A stretch of DNA of 10,337 bases from an archaeon (lineage in GTDB: Archaea > SpSt-1190 > DYHY01). Under the pieces are notes generated by a model. It saw only the letters and a list, made by a program, of their open reading frames with translations, had not been told where the DNA came from and ran no database searches. Shown in pieces: positions 1 through 5,700 of this stretch (position 1 is the first letter of the stretch; every line of letters starts with the position of its first letter). The DNA is taken from positions 1-10,337 of the forward strand of contig JAZDJS010000020.1 in NCBI GenBank assembly GCA_043803745.1, given 5' to 3'. The translations under genes were made by a program, and so were the position numbers.

Positions 1-1
1 G

Positions 2-32
2 GTGCGGAATGACGTGCGGTCTGAGGCCTGCC
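2..32 (+). repeat. Copy 1 (short form) of an intergenic direct repeat: GTGCGG-AATGACGTGCGGTCTGAGGCCTGCC
   Basis: Seen directly: 6-32 matches 142-170 exactly except for a 2-nt (CT) indel, and GTGCGG at 2-7 matches 101-106. The repeat may extend beyond the left edge of the window. Confidence 0.85.
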
Positions 33-37
33 CGGTC

Positions 38-64
38 TTTTTTCTTTAATTGGAAGAAAAAAAG
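38..64. terminator. AT-rich inverted repeat giving oligo-T tracts on both strands; candidate archaeal-type terminator for the YdeI-like gene and/or a gene to the left
   Basis: TTTTTTCTT (38-46) pairs with AAGAAAAAA (54-62). The minus strand reads CTTTTTTTCTTCC about 110 nt after the stop at 171. Oligo-T termination is established in archaea, but function here is inferred. Confidence 0.4.
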
Positions 65-100
65 TTGCAGATTTACCAAACAAGAAATTCTAGGCTGCTA

Positions 101-170
101 GTGCGGCCGAGCTTCGGCGAGGTCCTGAGCATTTGGCGAAGGGAATGACGTGCGGTCTCTGAGGCCTGCC
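101..170 (+). repeat. Copy 2 (long form) of the repeat, carrying two tandem-GA hairpins and a terminal hairpin; REP-like or structured-RNA-like element
   Basis: Hairpins: GGCC-GA-GC-TTCG-GC-GA-GGTC (105-124), CCT-GA-GC-ATTTG-GC-GA-AGG (124-142) and GGTCT-CTG-AGGCC (154-166). The element ends directly against the stop codon of the minus-strand gene (171-173). Confidence 0.75.
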
Positions 171-746
171 TTAATCCCTGACAAGGCCGAACCGTTTGCC
201 TTCGGCAGTCTTGCGAATGAAATTTTCCAGGCTGCCCTTGAATGCCGCGGAGCTCTCCGGCCCTCGTCGGTCGTTTATGTAGGATATGCGTATCCTAACA
301 TATGCCGCAGGCAGCTTGCGGAAATTCATCCAGGCAGCCGGGTTCTTCTTTATCGCGGCAAGTATGTCGGAGGGCATTTTGAAACTTTTGCGTTTGTCCT
401 CGCCCTTCCGGTATGCGTGAGCTACCGCAGCAAGCCCGGCCCGGGTCATCCTGCCCGCGGCGACAAGCCGGTGGATCCTTTCGCGGTTCATTTGGGAGAG
501 AACGCTGCCGGGCCTCCTTGGCGAGAATCTCTGGGCGAAGCTTTCCGCGTCAACCTTCTTTACTGTGCTGTCAATCCAGCCGAAGCAGAGCGCCTCTTCG
601 ACAGCCGCGTTGTAAGCAATCCGCGGCCTGCCAGACGATTTCCTGTAGTATACTAGCCAGATTTCGCTTGCCTTGGAACGATTCTTCGCAAGCCAGCTTC
701 GCCAAGAAGCCCGGTTCTTGACGTAAAGAGTCTCTCCGATGCGCAT
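171..746 (-). CDS. YdeI/OmpD-associated family protein (bacteriocin-protection family), 191 aa
   Basis: Family-typical motifs: WRSWLAKN, EIWLVYYRK, YNAAVEEALCFGWIDST, QRFSPRRPGSVLSQMN, GRMTRAGL, and the C-terminal MPSDILAAIKKNPAAWMNF segment. Confidence 0.93.
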   Translation of the reverse strand: MRIGETLYVKNRASWRSWLAKNRSKASEIWLVYYRKSSGRPRIAYNAAVEEALCFGWIDSTVKKVDAESFAQRFSPRRPGSVLSQMNRERIHRLVAAGRMTRAGLAAVAHAYRKGEDKRKSFKMPSDILAAIKKNPAAWMNFRKLPAAYVRIRISYINDRRGPESSAAFKGSLENFIRKTAEGKRFGLVRD

Positions 747-770
747 CAGCGGGGTTCGGCAGGAGGGGGT

Positions 771-790
771 GTATAATTGTTTTTTGTTTT
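771..790 (-). promoter_or_regulatory. Putative TATA box with upstream A-rich BRE-like tract for the YdeI-like gene
   Basis: The minus strand reads AAAACAAAAAACAATTATAC, placing AATTATAC 25-32 nt upstream of the ATG at 746. This spacing fits a leaderless or short-leader archaeal transcript. Confidence 0.45.
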
Positions 791-870
791 TGCGGCGCTA
801 AAAAAAATTGACACTATTATGCCCCGTGGGCAGGTTGGTCCGCGAAGCGGGCCGCGCGAGATTTTCAGGC

Positions 871-880
871 TTTTATATAA
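871..880 (+). promoter_or_regulatory. Archaeal TATA box for the HAD hydrolase gene
   Basis: TTTTATATAA at 871-880 is a near-consensus TATA box about 30 nt upstream of the ATG at 907. Confidence 0.65.
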
Positions 881-906
881 GCAGAAAACGGCGCGCCGGA
901 AAAAGG

Positions 907-1821
907 ATGCTGAAATTCAACGAAAACGTCCGGCTGATAATCTGCGACGTTGACGACACTGCGGCGAAGGTCTATCTCAAGTCGGAGAAAAGGTTAGTTG
1001 CCCAGTTCGAGAAGCTCCTTTCCGAGGGCAAGGCCCTCTTTTTCATTTCCGGCCAGGGCCGGGACGGAATACACGAACGGATAACGAGCCAAATAAGGCC
1101 GGCCCTCCGGAAAAGGACCCTCCTGGGAACCTGCCTTGGCGCGGAAGTCTGGGGCTTTGATGGGAACGGCGAGCTTGAGAAACAACCAGTCTATACTTTG
1201 TACGAAAAAATGTCCGGGAGGCGGAGGAAAAACTGGCGGGAGCTGGTCGGGCAGCTAATTGAGGAATTCGAGCTGAAACGCTATCCTCTGACCCCTGTAA
1301 GCGAATTCAGGAAAGCTGCGGGCATAACGAACCCGAACGCAATAATGCTTGCCGACCGGGGGGCGCAGATAACCTTCGAGCTTGTGAACGATGCCAAACA
1401 CTCCCTGCGGGGGAAAATGCGGGCTCGCGCGAATTCCCTCCTGGGAAAGAACAGGATTCCCGTTGAAGCAACCTTCGGAGGAACATTCGCCCTCGACCTA
1501 AGGCTGAAAGGGGCCTCGAAGGAGGAAGCCGTCAGAAGGGTCGTCAGGAGCGAGAAACTGCTTGCCAGACTGGGGCTTTCCAGGAAGGAAATTTCCCCGG
1601 CAGAAGAGAGGATTGAAATCTGGGGGGACAGGTTCGAGCTCGGCCTTCCGGATGCCGAAGTCTGCCTTGCTCTCCCGAAAGCCGTCAGGGCGATCGATTT
1701 CCGCAGGGAGGAGAATCCGAGCAAGTTCCCGAAAGGCCACAAAATTGTTTTCTGGGACGGAAAAAAACAGCTTGACGAGGGGCTTTTGGAATATCTGGAT
1801 TCCCGGAAAAATGCCGGCTAG
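907..1821 (+). CDS. HAD-superfamily subfamily IIB hydrolase, phosphomannomutase-like (304 aa from ATG 907)
   Basis: Motif I LIICDVDDT (DxDxT), motif II FISG, cap segments ADRGAQITF and GGTFALDL, motif III Lys in GASKEEA, motif IV IWGDRFELGLPD. Start moved from TTG 808 to ATG 907 because motif I normally lies near the N-terminus and a TATA box sits at 871-880. Confidence 0.82.
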   Translation: MLKFNENVRLIICDVDDTAAKVYLKSEKRLVAQFEKLLSEGKALFFISGQGRDGIHERITSQIRPALRKRTLLGTCLGAEVWGFDGNGELEKQPVYTLYEKMSGRRRKNWRELVGQLIEEFELKRYPLTPVSEFRKAAGITNPNAIMLADRGAQITFELVNDAKHSLRGKMRARANSLLGKNRIPVEATFGGTFALDLRLKGASKEEAVRRVVRSEKLLARLGLSRKEISPAEERIEIWGDRFELGLPDAEVCLALPKAVRAIDFRREENPSKFPKGHKIVFWDGKKQLDEGLLEYLDSRKNAG

Positions 1822-2612
1822 GGGGAAATAAGGAACCCTTCCAGGATCCCCATCAGGACGATCAGGACAGCCGCAACAAGGATTAGCAGGGCGGAATTCA
1901 CGACAAGCGCAACCGAAAGCTTCCTCTTCCGTTTCGTGAAAACCGAGGAGAACTCCGCCGAGAGAATCCCGCCCGAAAGCCCGCCGATGTAATAGGAAAC
2001 GAGTTCCGGAAGGGCGTAAATCAGGGAGAAAATCAGGACGCCCATTCCCTTGTCAGCCGCAATTGAAAGGAAAATCCCGAAAACCGCGGCGTTCCACACA
2101 AGTATGAAGGCCGCTCCTCCGCCGAAGACGAGGGCAAGAACGAATGAGGAGAACAGGACAATCAGGTTGTTCTTCACTATTGTCAGGATCGTCGGATTCT
2201 GAAAGATCCCCGAAAAGAACTGCCCGGACTGGAAGGTTGCCGTTATCGAGCTTATTTCGCGAGCTTCCTCTGAGAAGAGCCGCTCCGAAACGGAGGCAAA
2301 TCCAAGTTTCGGAAGGAAATAGTTGAGCGTTCCGAACGTAAGGGAAACCGCTAGGAAGAAGACAAGGAAGAACCGGAGAGCCTTCAAGTGGGTTTCGAAG
2401 AGGGCCCGCTTTCCCTCCTCGTAATAGAATATCTTCATCAGGACGGGCACTATCCCGATCGAGAGGAGAACTACCGACAGGAGCGAGGAAATCGCCGGGA
2501 AGAGAAAGTAGCCTGCCGCAAGGGATACCAACGAGAGGGCAACGCCGTAGCCAAAGTCGTAAAGGGGGTTCTCCTCGGCAACCTTCGCCGAAAGGAGGCT
2601 TTCAAGGACCAT
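1818..2612 (-). CDS. Stage II sporulation protein M (SpoIIM/DUF95)-family multi-pass membrane protein (264 aa from ATG 2612)
   Basis: About 7 hydrophobic segments, with motifs IVKNNLIVLFSSFVLALVFGGGAAFILVWNAAVFG and ALPELVSYYIGGLSGGILS typical of the archaeal SpoIIM-like family. Start placed at MVLESLL because a TATA box at 2635-2641 falls inside the longer ORF-track N-terminus. Confidence 0.82.
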   Translation of the reverse strand: MVLESLLSAKVAEENPLYDFGYGVALSLVSLAAGYFLFPAISSLLSVVLLSIGIVPVLMKIFYYEEGKRALFETHLKALRFFLVFFLAVSLTFGTLNYFLPKLGFASVSERLFSEEAREISSITATFQSGQFFSGIFQNPTILTIVKNNLIVLFSSFVLALVFGGGAAFILVWNAAVFGIFLSIAADKGMGVLIFSLIYALPELVSYYIGGLSGGILSAEFSSVFTKRKRKLSVALVVNSALLILVAAVLIVLMGILEGFLISP

Positions 2613-2634
2613 TCGGTTCAGGAAGGCCCCTTTT

Positions 2635-2641
2635 CTATAAA
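2635..2641 (-). promoter_or_regulatory. Putative TATA box for the SpoIIM-family gene
   Basis: Minus-strand TTTATAG lies 23-29 nt upstream of the ATG at 2612, consistent with a leaderless transcript. Confidence 0.55.
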
Positions 2642-2680
2642 TTGATTGGCATGTTTGCGAGCCCAAACGGAGCCCGAAAC

Positions 2681-2697
2681 GAAAAAAGCATTTATAC
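2681..2697 (+). promoter_or_regulatory. Putative BRE + TATA promoter for the large surface-protein operon
   Basis: GAAAAAAGCA-TTTATAC: a purine-rich BRE-like tract directly upstream of TTTATA (2691-2696), about 40 nt before the ATG at 2734. Confidence 0.6.
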
Positions 2698-2733
2698 GCC
2701 GTTCAGTGACAAACTCCCGGGTTTGGCAAAAAG

Positions 2734-5700
2734 ATGGGACGAAATTCCAAGGCAATTCGGTTAGCTGCAGCTTTGTTTGCTGTTTTTCTCGCACTGGCAG
2801 TCTCGGCGGGCTTTTCAGCATATGACGCGCCTTTCCAGGCGCGCGACGTATGGAACACGAGCTCCGGACGGCTGAGGATTCTGCTTGAACTCGATTCGGA
2901 AGTTGGCGCGCCCCTTAACAGTTTCACCAATTTCACTTTCACGCTCAACGGGACCCTTGTTACGGCCTGGAACGCGACAGGCAACGGAGCCTTCTTCAAC
3001 GAAACGAACTTCACAATGGTTGCCGGGAATCGGTATAACATAACGCTCAGTTCCGCTTATGCGAGGGAAAGGGTTCCCCTGAACATTACCGCGAACACAA
3101 CCGCCGCCCCGGGAGGCTTCCACATCCCCGTCCAAACCTCCCCGGTCCTCAACCTCCTGAACATCCATGTCCTTGACAATTCCGGAAACCTTGCAGCAGC
3201 TTCGATAATGGTCTCAAGGGTTACCGCGAATTCGTCGAAATTCCTCGTTGCCGGAGGCTACGGGATGCTTGGCGAGGACTATAATGAGCTCGGAGAAACC
3301 GTCCCGAGGCCCTTTTTGATGTTCCCGAACGGGCTCCTTGAACTGAGCTGCTTCGGGGTCAACGGGACCTGCGGAGGGTCAAGCGGCTTCAACTACACTG
3401 CCCATGTTGCGAACGGATATTACATACGGACTCCCCAAGAGTGCCTTGATGAAGAGGACATCCGCTGCCCCATTGACGACATCTCAACCGGCCCCGAGAA
3501 TTACCAGATAGGTTTCCGCGCGTTCGACATGAACTCGTTCAACCTTTCCTCGACAGAGACCTTCACCCCTGCGACAAGGCTGACCCCGGTCGACCTCTAC
3601 ATCAACGAAACAACCGGAATAATGCCGATGTTTGACATGGAAAGCCTGCCTTGGGTTGAGCAGCAGTGCGACGAAAGCGGCTGCCGAAAGAACTTCAACG
3701 CAAGCTATTTCGCGATTTACAACTCAACAGGAAGCCTCATGCTGAACAACACGTTCTACAATCCGAGCATGTCGATGCCAATGCCAGGCCTTCCCGGCGG
3801 GCAGGAATACCGCGTGGAAGCTTCGGCAACGAGCCCGTTCGGAAAGCATTTCTACACTATTTATGCAAGGGATTCCGGCTTCATAAACTTCAACCTGAGG
3901 GTCTGGAACAACTCGCTTGAGCGGACCTCTTTCAAGGGGCAGGCGCTTTACGCGAACGGCTCCCTCGGGATGCCCAACGCAATTGTCTATCTCCTCGACG
4001 CATTCAACGCGGGACCGATGCTCAACATAATCAACTCGACAAAGACAGATTCCGACGGGAAATTCGCGCTCCTCGGGCCGAAGGGAGTCGTCGAAACAAA
4101 CTGCCCCGACGAAGGGGGCTGCCCGCACATGTACAAGATAATGGTGATGAATCCTGCGAAGAACTCCAACGGGGCAAACCTCTATTATCCGACAGAGGAA
4201 ACCAACGGGAAGAAATACTACAAGGCAACAGACCGGACTGTGATAATCCCGCCGATACGGGTGATGGACGGAGGCACTGTTTCTGTCAATGCCACGATAA
4301 ACGGCGAGGGCATGCTTATTGCGGAGCTTTCCCACTACACAGCGAACTTCTTCGGGATTGTCCGGGACATCATCTCGAAGACAATGACCCTTGGCGACAT
4401 GGCAAGCGAGATGGGCTCAAGCGGTTCCAAGGAACTTGTCAACATCCCTGTTGACGCCCCGAACAACACGGTGAACATCTCCGTTTTCGGCAGCTCAATG
4501 GAAGGCCAGAACGGACCTCCGGAGCCATATTCAATGTGCGTGCTTTCGACAACAGTCACGAAGGGGGATTTCGCTAACGTCAACTGCAGCCTCCAGAACT
4601 TCACCAAGATCGCCCTTTACAGGAAGCGATGCGGGTCCATTTTCAACCAGGCGGATGTTCCGTCCGGGAGCTGCGACCAGGCAACCGAGGTCAAAATGCA
4701 GGGCGGGGGCGAGAACATCTGGTGGAACTCGCGGGCGCTCCTGAGCAATGCAACGAACGGGGCAATCGTCCTTTACGCTGACGAGGATAGCGACTATCTC
4801 TTTTCCCTTGACGGAAAGCTCCCGGCTGCAAGGGGCGCGAACTACACGCTCAGGATTGAGCCGAGATATGACTGGGACAAGCCGCTCGCATTCCAGACAA
4901 AGCCGGCCGGAAGGAACATCTCGGTCGGGAACGCTCCTGGAACCGTAAACTTCACATACTACAGCTTCTCGGACTGGGAATTCAGAGGTCCCTGGCAATG
5001 GCGCCTAAACTCAACCGGGAACCACACGATAGCGATGTCGGTCGTTGACAAGGTCTACAGTCCGATGAATCCCCTCAACACGAGCTCCAACGGGGTTTCG
5101 ATGAAGTTCGTCATTCTCAACCCGGACAAGACGAACGCAACGCCCTGGCTCCCGATGGCCGAAAGCTACATGGAAATAGGGCCGGAGAACAAATCCGCGT
5201 TCGTAGCATATTTCAACGCAAGCACATACAATGTCCCGGCAGGGAAATACTACGGAATTTTCAAGGCGGAGCTTTCAAACAAAGTCATCGGGAACGCGAT
5301 CCAGAATTATACCGCGGACATCTGGACATATTCTCCGGAATGGCAATTCCAGACGATAATCTCAGACTTTGACCTCTGGCTCTCCCTTCCGAAGCACAGC
5401 TACGGATTCGGGGAATGGATAAACGGGACTCTTTATGTCTATGACCCGGACGGAAACCCCCTCCAGCTCAACGCAACAACGAAACTCCTCGACAATAACG
5501 GGAACGCGATCCAGGAGGTTGCATATGGGAGCGATTCTGACGGAGCGGGCAAGTTCAGCATGGTCGCGCCCTCGACAAGCGACTATTACGAGCTTCTCAC
5601 GAACGTCACGACGATTTCGGGGCTCACCGGGCTTTCGGACGAGTGGATAAAGGTTTCCCGGCTGGTCCTTGAGGAAAAGCGGGACAAGGATTTCTATTCC

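Noticed and set aside
6-170. CRISPR array (27-29-nt direct repeats)
   Set aside because: Only two copies, separated by 109 nt of structured and low-complexity sequence, far longer than a spacer. No cas genes are in the window.
90-170. tRNA or tRNA fragment (TTCG loop)
   Set aside because: No cloverleaf, GTTCRA T-loop context or acceptor stem could be built on either strand.
150-721. Plus-strand ORFs 150..656 and 413..721
   Set aside because: Antisense shadows of the well-supported YdeI-family gene, with no recognisable motifs.
772-820. Bacterial sigma70 elements TATAAT (772-777) and TTGACA (808-813)
   Set aside because: They are in the wrong order, and neither has a partner hexamer at about 17-nt spacing. 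Archaeal TATA boxes explain the region better.
889-898. Perfect palindrome CGGCGCGCCG between the TATA box and the HAD start
   Set aside because: All G/C, single occurrence and plausible by chance in GC-rich DNA; no independent support as an operator.
808-906. 33-aa N-terminal extension of the HAD ORF from TTG 808
   Set aside because: It runs through the TATA box and GC hairpins and places motif I unusually far from the N-terminus; ATG 907 is preferred.
1818-1821. Convergent genes sharing overlapping TAG stops in CTAG
   Set aside because: Real, but a common arrangement in compact genomes rather than a novel feature.
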